DNA of 64,000 bases from Pseudomonadota bacterium (GTDB lineage Bacteria > Desulfobacterota > Desulfobacteria > Desulfobacterales > RPRI01): assembly GCA_043825875.1 (NCBI GenBank), contig JBDRRF010000079.1:192001-256000 (forward strand), read 5' to 3'. Position numbers and translations under genes: made by a program. Position 1 is the first letter of the stretch. Each line of letters opens with the position of its first letter. The notes beneath the pieces are model-generated. The model was not told where the DNA came from. It saw only the letters and a program-made list of their open reading frames with translations, and ran no database searches. Below are positions 50,458 to 60,989 of this stretch, one piece after another.

Positions 50458-51472
50458 GAAATGGTGCAGCTCCTATTTGCCTTGCTATAAAACTTATCGC
50501 CAAATTCTTCATCCCAGAATGATCTTTTTCGAAAAGATCACCGAAACCTTTATCAAGATAATCAAAAGACAAGCAAGATGCTTTTTTTTGTGCATCAGGA
50601 AAATTTAAAATCAGGTCTTTATCATCGGCAGTACCGTGTGATGCCTTATCCATAAGCATTGTGCGAAAGGCTTCCCGATTTCTCTCATCTGGTTCATGAT
50701 AAATAAGGGATGCAATATAATTATTTCTTTTCATCCGGATATCTCTTTTCAGATCCACCATATCATCCATAATCTGGCAGCCCATTCCGATATTATAAAG
50801 AGCATTTAAAAGCTTTTGCTTTTTGCCTGAATCAATGCTTTCCAAAAGAGCCGGAACAGCCCATGGGCATTGAAACAAAACACCTGTTTTATAATGATGC
50901 ACTTTTGATAAAATAATTTCGGGTTTAAGAAATTCTTTAACACCTGCTTCTTCAGATGCTTCCTGAACCCCGCTTTTGATAAGGGCTTTTAGTGTCTCAT
51001 GGGCGGATATGATAATATTTTCGAAGGCAAGCTTGCCGGATAAATGTTGTTTGCAAAGAAGTTCAAAAAGCACCCTGTCCGACACCATTATGTCAATAAC
51101 CGACCGGAAGCGGTAGCTTTTTTCAGGCAGGCTGGTATCCAATGTTTTTTTATATTCATCATCTAATATATTATCACAACCTGTTACCATACCCCTGATG
51201 CAGTGGTTGATTGCAGCATAAAAGATTCTTCGATCCGCCGGTATATTTGCTTTATGATAGGAATAGATAAAAAGAAGCGAGAAAAAATTTCTTTCAAGTG
51301 AATAGAAATCTTTAGATGGATTTTTCAGTGAAATGCCACTTCCTCTGATAACACCATCTGCAATATTCCAGTATTGCGATAGAGCAGAAAAAAGGTCCTC
51401 TGTAAGAGTTTTGAAAATATTAACTGACTTAGGATCATTAAACAAAAGATCTATATCATCTGATAAAACCAT
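50441..51472 (-). CDS. Class I isoprenoid synthase-fold protein (prenyltransferase/terpene synthase-like)
   Basis: Asp-rich CDNILDDE and QIMDDMVD motifs, HYKTG motif; ATG 51472 with GGGAG RBS (the ORF track extends to 51553). Confidence 0.75.
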   Translation of the reverse strand: MVLSDDIDLLFNDPKSVNIFKTLTEDLFSALSQYWNIADGVIRGSGISLKNPSKDFYSLERNFFSLLFIYSYHKANIPADRRIFYAAINHCIRGMVTGCDNILDDEYKKTLDTSLPEKSYRFRSVIDIMVSDRVLFELLCKQHLSGKLAFENIIISAHETLKALIKSGVQEASEEAGVKEFLKPEIILSKVHHYKTGVLFQCPWAVPALLESIDSGKKQKLLNALYNIGMGCQIMDDMVDLKRDIRMKRNNYIASLIYHEPDERNREAFRTMLMDKASHGTADDKDLILNFPDAQKKASCLSFDYLDKGFGDLFEKDHSGMKNLAISFIARQIGAAPFLVKES

Positions 51473-51521
51473 ATAAGAAAGCTCCCGCAGTATTACTGAT
51501 ATAAGTTTAATGAAACAATTT

Positions 51522-52169
51522 CTAAGGCTTTCTGCTTGAAAAAACTGCAACATACCCCAGAAATGTATTTATCAGCTCAGGTTTGGCAAACCCTGATTCT
51601 TCTATAAGACCAGGCAAAACACCTCTGATATTTTCACCGATTTCAGGCTGCATGAACATCCATCTTGCAAAATAAGATGTCATGGCTCCTAAAAGGTTTG
51701 TGGGAATATGCATATCTGCAATTACAAGACGGCCCCCCGGTTTCAGTACCCGAAACGATTCATCAAGTGTTCTTTTTTTCAGATCCAGATCTATATGGTG
51801 AAAGAAAAAACTTGAAACAACACTATCAAAACTTTCATCTTCAAATAAAAGATTTTCACCTGCCATGATTTCAAACTTACAGGTTTCGCTTTGTCTTTTC
51901 TTTCTTGCAGCTGCTATCATCTTTGAAGCGGCATCTATGCCCACAGCCATTGCGCCTGAATCGGCATTTAGTTTTTTTGATATCAATTCGGCAACAAGAC
52001 CTGTACCGCAACCTATATCAAGAATTCTATGTTCAGCTTTAATATCAAGAAGCTCAAGCAAAAGCAGATTAATTTGCTTTTGTTTTCCGAAAAGAACAAG
52101 AGGCTCGGTAAAATCATAGATCGGCGCTGCAATATCAAGGGTTCTTCCGCGTGTTTGAATAGTTTTCAT
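51522..52169 (-). CDS. Class I SAM-dependent methyltransferase (UbiE-like)
   Basis: ILDIGCGTG, SFDSVVS, RVLKPGGRLVIAD. Confidence 0.9.
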   Translation of the reverse strand: MKTIQTRGRTLDIAAPIYDFTEPLVLFGKQKQINLLLLELLDIKAEHRILDIGCGTGLVAELISKKLNADSGAMAVGIDAASKMIAAARKKRQSETCKFEIMAGENLLFEDESFDSVVSSFFFHHIDLDLKKRTLDESFRVLKPGGRLVIADMHIPTNLLGAMTSYFARWMFMQPEIGENIRGVLPGLIEESGFAKPELINTFLGYVAVFSSRKP

Positions 52170-52208
52170 AAATATTTAAATTATTCTCCAAATTATTGCT
52201 AAGAAAGG

Positions 52209-52401
52209 GGCCCAGGATTCGAGGGGTCAAGGGTTCAAGTGTATATTTTTCCTGTTCTCTTCTACTATAATGATATGTATAATGTTGTCATTGCTCTTTA
52301 CAGCTTAAAACCAAAAATACAAGACCTTTGCCAAGCCTTTAATTCTTGATAATTTTTTATCATTCGCTTGAATCCTGGAACCCTTGACTCCTTGAACCCT
52401 T
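52209..52401 (+). repeat. Paired inverted 8-bp repeat arrays (same family as 40959-41137)
   Basis: CAGGATTCGAGGGGTCAAGGGTTCAAG ... CTTGAATCCTGGAACCCTTGACTCCTTGAACCC. Confidence 0.7.
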
Positions 52402-52467
52402 ATTGTATCACCAAAGACATAAAGATGATTCATACTTTATTAAAAAGCAATCTGACTTTATCAACTT

Positions 52468-53634
52468 TTAATTTTCCTTCAAAGCTTCTACAACATTCAT
52501 TCTCGATGCTCTGAATGCCGGAAGTATTCCACCGACAAATCCCATTATAATAGAAAACAAAAGCGATTTATATATAATTTCAAATGTGATCGTAAAATTA
52601 AAAGAAAGCTCTGAAAATGTCTGAAAATTAGTTGTTGAAACAGTTATAAACTGCATAAAAGAACCTAAAATAAGCCCAACGATTCCGCCTATCAAACCAA
52701 GAAGTAAAGATTCCATAAGAAAAGCCAGAAGAATGGTTCCCCGGTTGAATCCAAGAGCGCGAAGGGTTCCTATTTCACCGGTGCGGTTTGCAACAGCCGA
52801 ATACATTGTTATCATTGCTCCAACAATCGCTCCTATTGAAAACACGAGAGTAAGCGTTTCTCCTAATACCCTTAAAAACTTGGCCATCATTTCCGATTGT
52901 TCTTTATAATACTGCGTTTCGCGTTTTGCTTCAAGTGTGAGTCTTGGATCATTTTCAATATTATTTTTAAATGTCGTAAATTCGGAGGATTTTCTTAATC
53001 TAAAGAGAACAGATGAATAAACTGGCCTTCTGAAAGCCGGCATAAACTGCTCAACATCTCCCCATATTTCCGAACTGTAACCCGTATTTCCCGCATCAAA
53101 TATACCTACCACTCTCCATGACCGCATTCCAAAAGAAAGAGGTTGCCCAATCCCGATACCTTTAAAGCCCTTTACTATACTTGTTCCAACAACTATTTCC
53201 GATGTGCCGGGTCTTGGCATACGGCCTGCAATAATTTTAACCTGCGGCCTCAGCATTAAAGAATTTTCTGAAATTCCTCTTATTGTAACATTCGCAGCGG
53301 TATTAGACTCTTTCTTCTCAAGGGTAATAAGAACAACAAGTTCTTTTGCAAGAAGAGTACGTCCTTTATTTCCTATCGCAATTTGAGGACTGGCTTCCAC
53401 AATCGAAGCCTGCTGTCTTTCAATTCCGCTTTGCACTTCGGAAACAGCGGATCTGCGGATAACTACAACATTGTCAAACGTTCCCGTATCAACGAGTGTT
53501 TTTTCCAAACCTTCGGCAAGCATTACTATCGAAGCAAAAACAAAAACAACAAGAGACATCCCGGCAGCCGTAAGAAATGTGGTAAGTTTTCTTGCCAGCA
53601 AGTTTCTAAAACTATAAAAAAACAAAAGCCCCAT
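52468..53634 (-). CDS. ABC transporter permease (MacB-like)
   Basis: SFRNLLARK, RTGEIGTLRALGF, PAFRASR. Confidence 0.9.
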   Translation of the reverse strand: MGLLFFYSFRNLLARKLTTFLTAAGMSLVVFVFASIVMLAEGLEKTLVDTGTFDNVVVIRRSAVSEVQSGIERQQASIVEASPQIAIGNKGRTLLAKELVVLITLEKKESNTAANVTIRGISENSLMLRPQVKIIAGRMPRPGTSEIVVGTSIVKGFKGIGIGQPLSFGMRSWRVVGIFDAGNTGYSSEIWGDVEQFMPAFRRPVYSSVLFRLRKSSEFTTFKNNIENDPRLTLEAKRETQYYKEQSEMMAKFLRVLGETLTLVFSIGAIVGAMITMYSAVANRTGEIGTLRALGFNRGTILLAFLMESLLLGLIGGIVGLILGSFMQFITVSTTNFQTFSELSFNFTITFEIIYKSLLFSIIMGFVGGILPAFRASRMNVVEALKEN

Positions 53635-53641
53635 TATTTTT

Positions 53642-54817
53642 TTACCCTATTCTTCCTAACCCGCTTGCAATGGGAACAGTTACCGCCTGTTTTATCGGAA
53701 AAACCGCAGCTACAATTCCCACAATAATACTTGCAATAATATCAAGATAAATAGTTTCTTTTGAAATATTGAAAATAGGAAAAAAATCTCCCACAGCACC
53801 TACAAAGGCATCAGCCGCAGGGAATGTAACGATAATGCCCATAAGACCTCCAAGAGATGTTATAAGCAATGATTCTCCTAAAATAAGCCCTGTGATATAG
53901 AAACCCCCGAAGCCAAGAGTTTTCAAAACCGCATATTCATTCATGCGTTCACGCACGGACATAGCCATAGTGTTTGCGACAACAACCATTATAATTACGA
54001 TAACAACCATGGTAACAAGCTCTATTACAGTAAGAATTGTCTGGGTAAGAGACACAAAACTCATCTGAAAGGCCTTTTCCGTTTCCGTCAGAGTTTCAGC
54101 ATAGGAATTTTTAAACATTTTATCTATCGCCCGCGCGGTTGTTGCTGCTATATCAGGAGATCTTACTCCTATCATATAAAAGCCAACCTGGTCAGCTCTT
54201 CGTGGCAAAAATTTTTTAACGGTTTCATTCAAATATTCCCAGTGAAAGAAAAACTGGCTTTCATCTATATTTTTATGGCTTCCCTTATATATGGCCTTTA
54301 CAACAAATTCCCAGTTTCCCGGATAAATTGTTCCTTTTAATACTACCGTATCTCCAAGTTTCCAGCCGAATCTTTTGGCAAGTTTTTCACCAACAACACA
54401 ACCTTTTCTTTCTCTTAAAAATGAGCTTTTCCGGTCTGGAGGTATCACAAATTCGGGGTAAAGATCTAAATAGTTCTTTGATTCAACAGCGAAGTTAGCG
54501 AAAAAATTCTTTTCATTTATATAATAAGCTCCAAACCAGCTTCCGGCAGCTACTAGTTTTACTCCATCCACATTACGAATTTTTTCTTTGTAGGAAATAG
54601 GCAGAGGAAAAATCAAAGAAATAGAATTACGGGTTACAAGACGGGTAGCCGAAGATGCATCAACTCCGGCATACCAGGCGCTGATAACAGTTCTTAACAA
54701 ACCGAAGGCAAGAATCGCAACACAAATGCCGCAGATTGTAAGAAAGGTTCTGAGTTTGTGTCTAAACGCATTCCTGAAAAGAAGTTTGAGGAGCATCTGC
54801 AAGAATACCTTTATCAA
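53642..54817 (-). CDS. ABC transporter permease (MacB-like); start probably 54796
   Basis: FRNAFRHKLRT, RERMNEYAVLKTLGF. Confidence 0.9.
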   Translation of the reverse strand: MIKVFLQMLLKLLFRNAFRHKLRTFLTICGICVAILAFGLLRTVISAWYAGVDASSATRLVTRNSISLIFPLPISYKEKIRNVDGVKLVAAGSWFGAYYINEKNFFANFAVESKNYLDLYPEFVIPPDRKSSFLRERKGCVVGEKLAKRFGWKLGDTVVLKGTIYPGNWEFVVKAIYKGSHKNIDESQFFFHWEYLNETVKKFLPRRADQVGFYMIGVRSPDIAATTARAIDKMFKNSYAETLTETEKAFQMSFVSLTQTILTVIELVTMVVIVIIMVVVANTMAMSVRERMNEYAVLKTLGFGGFYITGLILGESLLITSLGGLMGIIVTFPAADAFVGAVGDFFPIFNISKETIYLDIIASIIVGIVAAVFPIKQAVTVPIASGLGRIG

Positions 54818-55466
54818 GATACATTATGCTGCCGGCTTTTTTTGCAGCTCTTGGATCATGTGTTACCATTACAATAGTCTTTCCAATTGAATTGCTCAAA
54901 TTTTCCATAAGATTGAGCACCTCCTGGGCAGACACTCTGTCCAGATCACCGGTTGGTTCATCTGCTACAAGAATAGCCGGATCGGTAACAACCGCTCTTG
55001 CTATTGCAACCCGCTGCTGCTGTCCACCTGATAACTGACCCGGATAATGATCCATCCTGTCTTCAAGCCCAACCAGCTTTAAAGCCGTATGTACATGCTC
55101 TTTTCTCTCTTTTTTGGAAAGCCTGGTTAGAATCAAAGGCAATTCAACATTTTCAAAAGCGGTCAGCACTGGAATAAGATTGTAAAACTGGAAAATAAAA
55201 CCTACATTATCGGCTCTCCACTTTGCAAGTTCGGTTTCTACCAGCAAAGAAATATCGATGCCCTGTATTATAATGCTTCCGCTGTCCGGCTTATCCAGTC
55301 CTGCTATCAGATTTAAAAGAGTACTTTTACCGGAACCTGAAGGTCCCATTAAAGCAAGAAAATCATTCTCATTAATATCAAGAGTTAAATTTTCTAAAAC
55401 CATTATCGACTGATTACCGCGCCGATATGATTTTGTAAGATTTTTAATTTCTATAATAGGCGCCAA
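54762..55466 (-). CDS. ABC transporter ATP-binding protein
   Basis: GPSGSGKST, LSGGQQQR, ADEPTG. Confidence 0.93.
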   Translation of the reverse strand: MAPIIEIKNLTKSYRRGNQSIMVLENLTLDINENDFLALMGPSGSGKSTLLNLIAGLDKPDSGSIIIQGIDISLLVETELAKWRADNVGFIFQFYNLIPVLTAFENVELPLILTRLSKKERKEHVHTALKLVGLEDRMDHYPGQLSGGQQQRVAIARAVVTDPAILVADEPTGDLDRVSAQEVLNLMENLSNSIGKTIVMVTHDPRAAKKAGSIMYLDKGILADAPQTSFQECV

Positions 55467-55475
55467 CTGTTAAAT

Positions 55476-56693
55476 CTACTCCTCAAGGACTTTAACTTTT
55501 GCGTCTGCCCTTACTTTGTCAAGCGGTTCGGTTATTAAAAATTCTCCGATTTTAAGACCTTCTATCACTTCCACCATGTTTTCGAGTTTCTTTCCGGTTC
55601 TGATTTCTTTTTTAACCGCTTTGCCGTTTACTACAGTAAATACAAATGAATTGTCTTTATCTTTTATGACAGCTTTTGCCGGAATAGCCATTACGGCATT
55701 TTGTTCATCCGGTAAGATTTCACGTGAAAGAAAGGCCACTTTTGCGCTCATTTCAGGAAGTACTCTAGTGTCTTTATTCGCAAATGCCACTTTGACCATA
55801 ACAGAAGCCTTTGTTCTGTCTGCTGTCGGAACCACCATGTGAACCTTGCCCATAAAACGTTCATCCTGTATGGCATCAAGCCTTATTTCACAGGGCTGGC
55901 CATTTTTAACAGTGTTAATATTGGTTTCCGAAACATCTACTTCAACTTGCAGAGAATCCATATCCGCAATATTAACAACAGCCGCCTTTGCATCCGCTGC
56001 AGCACCAATTGGAGTTACAATATCACCAAGATCTGCGTTTTTTGTAAGAACCACCGCATCAAACGGCGCACGCATATTGGCATATTCAAGCGCAACTTCG
56101 GCTTCTCTTAATGCCGCCTCACTTGCCTTTATCGCAGCCTTTTGAGCTGATACAGCAGCCTTCGCTCTTTTATATCTTGCATTTGCAATATCATACTCGG
56201 CTTTTGACACGCCATTGATATCGGCCAGCTTCGATATACGACTATAATTTAAAGAAGCATCATCAAATTCAGCCATGGTCTGCTCAAGCACAGCCTTGGA
56301 AGCATTTACATTGGCAATAGCTCTGTTTTTTGCAGCTATAGTATCATCATTTTCAAGCCGTGCTACTATTTCTCCTTTTTTAACTTTATCACCTTCTTCA
56401 ACACCCAAATATACAAGGCGTCCGGTAATTTTAGAAGAAATAGCCGCTTTTCTCTGGGCTACAACATACCCGCTTGCATTTAAAAGAGTATAGGTCTGGG
56501 ACGGATATATGTTCATTACTTTAAGACCACGGACTGAAAGAGCCGGAGTTAAATACCCATTTTTATAAAGAACCGCGATTGCGACAAATATCAATATTGC
56601 TATCAGCAAGATATAATATTTTTTCTTTTTCCCGGAACCTGAAATTCTTTCGTCTTTTTCTATACGAAGTTTGGAAATATCTCCATCAGGCAT
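55476..56693 (-). CDS. Efflux periplasmic adaptor (MacA-like membrane fusion protein)
   Basis: N-terminal TM, VEEGDKVKKG, coiled hairpin, RAPFDAVV. Confidence 0.9.
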   Translation of the reverse strand: MPDGDISKLRIEKDERISGSGKKKKYYILLIAILIFVAIAVLYKNGYLTPALSVRGLKVMNIYPSQTYTLLNASGYVVAQRKAAISSKITGRLVYLGVEEGDKVKKGEIVARLENDDTIAAKNRAIANVNASKAVLEQTMAEFDDASLNYSRISKLADINGVSKAEYDIANARYKRAKAAVSAQKAAIKASEAALREAEVALEYANMRAPFDAVVLTKNADLGDIVTPIGAAADAKAAVVNIADMDSLQVEVDVSETNINTVKNGQPCEIRLDAIQDERFMGKVHMVVPTADRTKASVMVKVAFANKDTRVLPEMSAKVAFLSREILPDEQNAVMAIPAKAVIKDKDNSFVFTVVNGKAVKKEIRTGKKLENMVEVIEGLKIGEFLITEPLDKVRADAKVKVLEE

Positions 56694-56740
56694 TGATGTA
56701 TCCTCATAGCATTTGTCAAAATAATATTCCGGTTGATTTT

Positions 56741-57643
56741 TTAACCTCTCGGATGATATTTACTGTGTACTTTCCTTAAATGATCCCGTACTACATGAGT
56801 ATATATCTGAGTTGTTGAAATATCAACATGCCCCAGCATTAACTGAACCGACCTTAAATCAGCGCCGCCTTCCAGAAGGTGGGTTGCGAAAGAATGCCTT
56901 ATACTATGGGGCGTTATTGTTTTTGTTATTTTTGCCAGAATTGAATATCGCTTGATTATTTTCCAGAAGCCCTGACGTGTCAAAGGTTTTCCGCCTCTAC
57001 CTACAAACAAAAAGTGGCTCACACTATTTTTTAAAAGTTGCGGTCTTGCAGTATTAATGTATTCACTTACTTTATCTTTTGCATAAATCCCAATAGGAAC
57101 AATTCTTTCTTTTGAACCTTTACCAAAAACTCTAACAAAGCATGCATCCATATTTACATCAAATAGCTTAAGACTTATAAGTTCCGAAACCCTGAGGCCT
57201 GCGGCATACAAAAGCTCAATCATGGCGCAATCTCTTAATCCTGCCGGTTTACTAACATCAGGAGTAGATAAAAGACATTTAACCTCATCCTGGGTCAAAA
57301 CATTCGGAAGATAGAAGCCACTTTTGGGAAGATCGATAACACTTGTTGGATCACTGGATATGTACTTTTCCCGTACAAGAAATTTATAAAACCCCCTTAG
57401 GGTCACAAGATGTCTTGCCCTTGATCTTGCCTTAAGCCCTTCATCTCTTAATGCGATAATATGCTTAAGAATTGTCGGCGTGTCAGCCTCCGAGATATCT
57501 CTGATACCATGTTTGCCTAAAAAAGTAATATAAGTTGCGATATCGCTTCCATAAGATTCAATAGTTTTCTTTGAAAGTCCTTTTTCGACAACAAGGTAAT
57601 TAAGATATTGATCAACAAGAGAGTCTATTGAAGGCATCCGCAT
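56741..57643 (-). CDS. xerD: Site-specific tyrosine recombinase XerD
   Basis: LLYAAGLRVSEL, GKGSKERIVP, TPHSIRHSFATHLL, LGHVDISTTQIYTHV, HPRG terminus. Confidence 0.93.
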   Translation of the reverse strand: MRMPSIDSLVDQYLNYLVVEKGLSKKTIESYGSDIATYITFLGKHGIRDISEADTPTILKHIIALRDEGLKARSRARHLVTLRGFYKFLVREKYISSDPTSVIDLPKSGFYLPNVLTQDEVKCLLSTPDVSKPAGLRDCAMIELLYAAGLRVSELISLKLFDVNMDACFVRVFGKGSKERIVPIGIYAKDKVSEYINTARPQLLKNSVSHFLFVGRGGKPLTRQGFWKIIKRYSILAKITKTITPHSIRHSFATHLLEGGADLRSVQLMLGHVDISTTQIYTHVVRDHLRKVHSKYHPRG

Positions 57644-57648
57644 TAACC

Positions 57649-58764
57649 TTATTTGTAAGAAATTATTTCCTCTAGTTTGTTTAGCACCTCTGCTCCTTTG
57701 TCTCTTACAACTACCATATTTTCAAGTCTTATACCACCCCAGCCGGTAATATATATTCCGGGTTCGACAGTAAACACCATTTGAGGCTCAAGAACCGTAC
57801 TACTCAAAGATCCGACTCTGGGGCTCTCATGCACCGAAAGACCTGTACCATGTCCAAGACCATGTGTGAATTTTCCGCTAAATTCTGTGCTGTCAATATG
57901 ACTGCGCGCGATTTTGTCAACAGACTTTGAATCTGAACCTGGAGCTATTGCATTTACTGCAAGAAGCTGGGCATCAAGTACGGCTTTATATGCCTTAATA
58001 AAATATTCATCGGGTTTTCCGATAACTATAGTTCTTGAAATATCAGAAAAATAACCTTCAAGTTCTGCACCCCAGTCAAAAAGTATAGGTTCATTTTCCT
58101 TAAATGCCCTATCTGAAGGAATTGCATGAGGAAGTGCGCTGTTTGGCCCTGATGCAACAATAGTGGGAAAAGACAAGCCATCCGCTCCGGCCTCATGCAT
58201 GGCTTTTTCAATAAGCCAGGCTGCCTCTTTTTCCGTAACCCCGGGCCTGATTGAATCCTGAATCCTGATAAACGCCGTTTCTGCTATCAGCAGAGCTTTT
58301 TGTATCAACTCAATCTCTTCTTCATCTTTTATTTCACGCAATGTCTCAACAATATTTTCGGTTTCCACCAGTTTGACTTCAAGACCGCTTGATTTTATCT
58401 CTTTACATATTTTTCTGTAATCAAGATATGACAGCCTGACACTTTCAAATCCAAGCCTTTTCGTACCAAGTTTTTTCAGAATCGCAGGTATTTGTTTGGC
58501 CAGACCTTCTTTATAACAAACAATTTCATAAAGATTTCCAGCTTCCCTGATAGCCTGCTCTTCATAACGGGAATCGGTGGCAAGAATAAGACCCGCTTTT
58601 GAAATAAACAAAACTCCGGAAGATTCATCAAACTGGGAGTCATGGCCTTGAAATCCGCTTAAATACCTTCGGTTTTCACCTACCATTACCATGAGGGTAT
58701 CGAGGTTTTTATCGGATATGATTTCTTTTATACGAAGGATTCTGTTTTCAATAACACTGCTCAA
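57649..58764 (-). CDS. Xaa-Pro aminopeptidase (M24 family)
   Basis: SDISRT, HGLGHGTGL.VHE.P, TVEPGIY, GIRLE. Confidence 0.92.
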   Translation of the reverse strand: MSSVIENRILRIKEIISDKNLDTLMVMVGENRRYLSGFQGHDSQFDESSGVLFISKAGLILATDSRYEEQAIREAGNLYEIVCYKEGLAKQIPAILKKLGTKRLGFESVRLSYLDYRKICKEIKSSGLEVKLVETENIVETLREIKDEEEIELIQKALLIAETAFIRIQDSIRPGVTEKEAAWLIEKAMHEAGADGLSFPTIVASGPNSALPHAIPSDRAFKENEPILFDWGAELEGYFSDISRTIVIGKPDEYFIKAYKAVLDAQLLAVNAIAPGSDSKSVDKIARSHIDSTEFSGKFTHGLGHGTGLSVHESPRVGSLSSTVLEPQMVFTVEPGIYITGWGGIRLENMVVVRDKGAEVLNKLEEIISYK

Positions 58765-58889
58765 CTGATTCTCCTTAAATTGATTCAGGGTAGATCATAT
58801 TATCATGCAGATAAAAAAAATAGCCTCCTAACATCATAACGGTGCATTTTCCACAAATCCCATTTGATTGAAGGCGACTATTTAATATG

Positions 58890-59216
58890 TTAAATGAGCA
58901 CACCGTACCTCTTAATTTCCTGGGCAAGTGTACTATATCGATCTTCAAGGTCTTGAGGAGAAAAGGGAAGTGGTTCGATGTGTGAGTCTATCTCAAGAGC
59001 TACCTTACGCAAAAACATCATTTCATTTATACTATCTTGCCCGAACTGTGAAGAAATTACTGCTATATCGATATCACTGTCCGGTTTTGCCATTCCCTTA
59101 GCATAAGAACCAAAAAGAATTACTTTTGATACTTTTATCCCTTTTTGCTCAAGAAGCGCTATATATCTGTTGATTGAATTAATCTCTTTTTTCCCTAAAG
59201 ATGTTTGTTTAGCCAT
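58890..59216 (-). CDS. Minimal nucleotidyltransferase (MNT antitoxin)
   Basis: LFGSYAKG....DSDIDIAV. Confidence 0.9.
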   Translation of the reverse strand: MAKQTSLGKKEINSINRYIALLEQKGIKVSKVILFGSYAKGMAKPDSDIDIAVISSQFGQDSINEMMFLRKVALEIDSHIEPLPFSPQDLEDRYSTLAQEIKRYGVLI

Positions 59217-59584
59217 ATCAAAATCTTTTTTGTTTTATTAATATATTTTGAAGTAAATCTCTTATTAGCTTTCTTATAGAAGCTGAATTTATAATCATCG
59301 TATCTTGCTTCAATGTTAAAAGTGCTGATCTCAGCAAGCTCATTTTTTTGTTTAACGGATAATGTTATCTCTGTTTTTTCTGCCAAACGAACCAAATCGT
59401 GCAAAAGAGGAGGCGCTTCTTGTGTTTTTTTAACGATTATTGCTTTTAGAATTTTTTCTATACTCAAATGACAGAAAAATAAAGCATGAAGGTATCTCTT
59501 ATTCTCAAAAAGAATTACTGCGGTTTCAAAATCCTGCTTAGAAACTACTGACCAGTATTCAACTATTTTTTGTTCTTCATTCAT
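59195..59584 (-). CDS. HEPN domain protein
   Basis: FFCHLSIEKILKA, HDL..LA, EARY; overlaps the MNT gene. Confidence 0.88.
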   Translation of the reverse strand: MNEEQKIVEYWSVVSKQDFETAVILFENKRYLHALFFCHLSIEKILKAIIVKKTQEAPPLLHDLVRLAEKTEITLSVKQKNELAEISTFNIEARYDDYKFSFYKKANKRFTSKYINKTKKILIWLNKHL

Positions 59585-59858
59585 ATTTTTTATTATAAGT
59601 TAATTTTTATAATTTTACCATGAAAAATTATTAGGTTGTCAGAAATACCGAACGATGTAATTAAAGCAGAACATAGTTGACCATATTACTTCCTTATTGA
59701 CTGATCATCAGGCAACAAATATCCTGCAACTTGGAAAGAATATCTACAATTTCTACATATATAAGGATAATAAATTATTGTGCTATAGGCTCTAACGTCC
59801 TTGGACTTATTGAAACGATCATTAAAAGCCAAGAGCCGATCTAACCCCTTATTCCTTT

Positions 59859-60989
59859 CTACTTCGCTTCTGTGGTAAATGCCCAAGGAGTAACCGCCAT
59901 ATCAATTCCGGCCGTGCTCCTGTAGCCACATTTTCCCGCTAAGCCAAGCGAGAACGAATATGTGTAGTCTGGTTTTAAACTGCCGTCTATCTTGACCGCA
60001 AGAGTCCTGGAATCTTTCCAGTAGGCTTTTTTGTAGCAAAGACCGGTATCTCCGCAAGGAGTTTTGATACACACTATTTGCATCATGTCCGTGTTAAAAT
60101 GCACCACAATTTCTTTAAGATCTGTCGGGACATTGATGGCATTATTCGCGGGAAACATGTCAACAATCTGAGGCTGCATAAGAATTGGCTCATATTTGAC
60201 TGCTGCGAGGTATAGCAACCACTTGCTTTCAAGCTCTTTCATCGGGATGTTTAACACATTCTGAGATGATTTTCCTAAATCGCGTGTGGTACCGATATCC
60301 TTAACAAACTTCCAAAAACGCTCTTCACCATAATTATCCATCACAAAAAAGTTAAAGCTAGCCCCCACGTCATAAGCATACCCTAAATTTGGGTTTGTAC
60401 CCGGCGGACCATAATAGACAGACCATTTTTGCACTTTCCCAAAACTGACATTGTTTTTTGTCTGCTGCACTTTGGCGACGTTTAGGGCCTGCTCTTTGTA
60501 TGCCGGTAGCTTATCAGCGGCAATCGCCCCCATGATATTGGCTAATCCCTCATCAATAAAGCGAAATTGTTCCAACATACTTGCACCTGCAGTAAAATGA
60601 TGCAAGCCAATATGTGACGATTCATGGGCCACCAGTCCGGGACCACCAGTTGAACTATACAGATGCCCTATGGAAAGACTGATTTTATCCCTTGAGGGAT
60701 TAAAATATGAACCTGAGTCTTCACTATAATAGACGACCGTAAAGATCATTGGAAGATGTTCACCATAATACGTATGCAGCATGTCCCATACCGCGTCGTA
60801 TTTCTCTAAGGAATTCTGGTGAAGGTCATAATAATGATGACCAATATCCTCTGCCATTGTTGTTACCGGATTCCATCCACACATCATAATCACAATAAGC
60901 ATAAGAATATATCGATGTGGTCTGAAGCGGAAAATATCTAGCTTTTTGCGTCCAAGTGTCATATCATTCACCACCTTTAGCAATTTCAA
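59859..60989 (-). CDS. Exported gluzincin-like peptidase with C-terminal Ig-like domain
   Basis: AHESSH plus DEGLA third ligand; P.NNA.NVP...IVVHFN Ig-like motif. Confidence 0.7.
   Translation of the reverse strand: MKLLKVVNDMTLGRKKLDIFRFRPHRYILMLIVIMMCGWNPVTTMAEDIGHHYYDLHQNSLEKYDAVWDMLHTYYGEHLPMIFTVVYYSEDSGSYFNPSRDKISLSIGHLYSSTGGPGLVAHESSHIGLHHFTAGASMLEQFRFIDEGLANIMGAIAADKLPAYKEQALNVAKVQQTKNNVSFGKVQKWSVYYGPPGTNPNLGYAYDVGASFNFFVMDNYGEERFWKFVKDIGTTRDLGKSSQNVLNIPMKELESKWLLYLAAVKYEPILMQPQIVDMFPANNAINVPTDLKEIVVHFNTDMMQIVCIKTPCGDTGLCYKKAYWKDSRTLAVKIDGSLKPDYTYSFSLGLAGKCGYRSTAGIDMAVTPWAFTTEAK

Noticed and set aside
56741..57643. Tyrosine recombinase as the integron integrase
   Set aside because: Length, motifs and HPRG terminus fit housekeeping XerD. 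No IntI-specific insertion is evident and it lies more than 20 kb from the cassettes.
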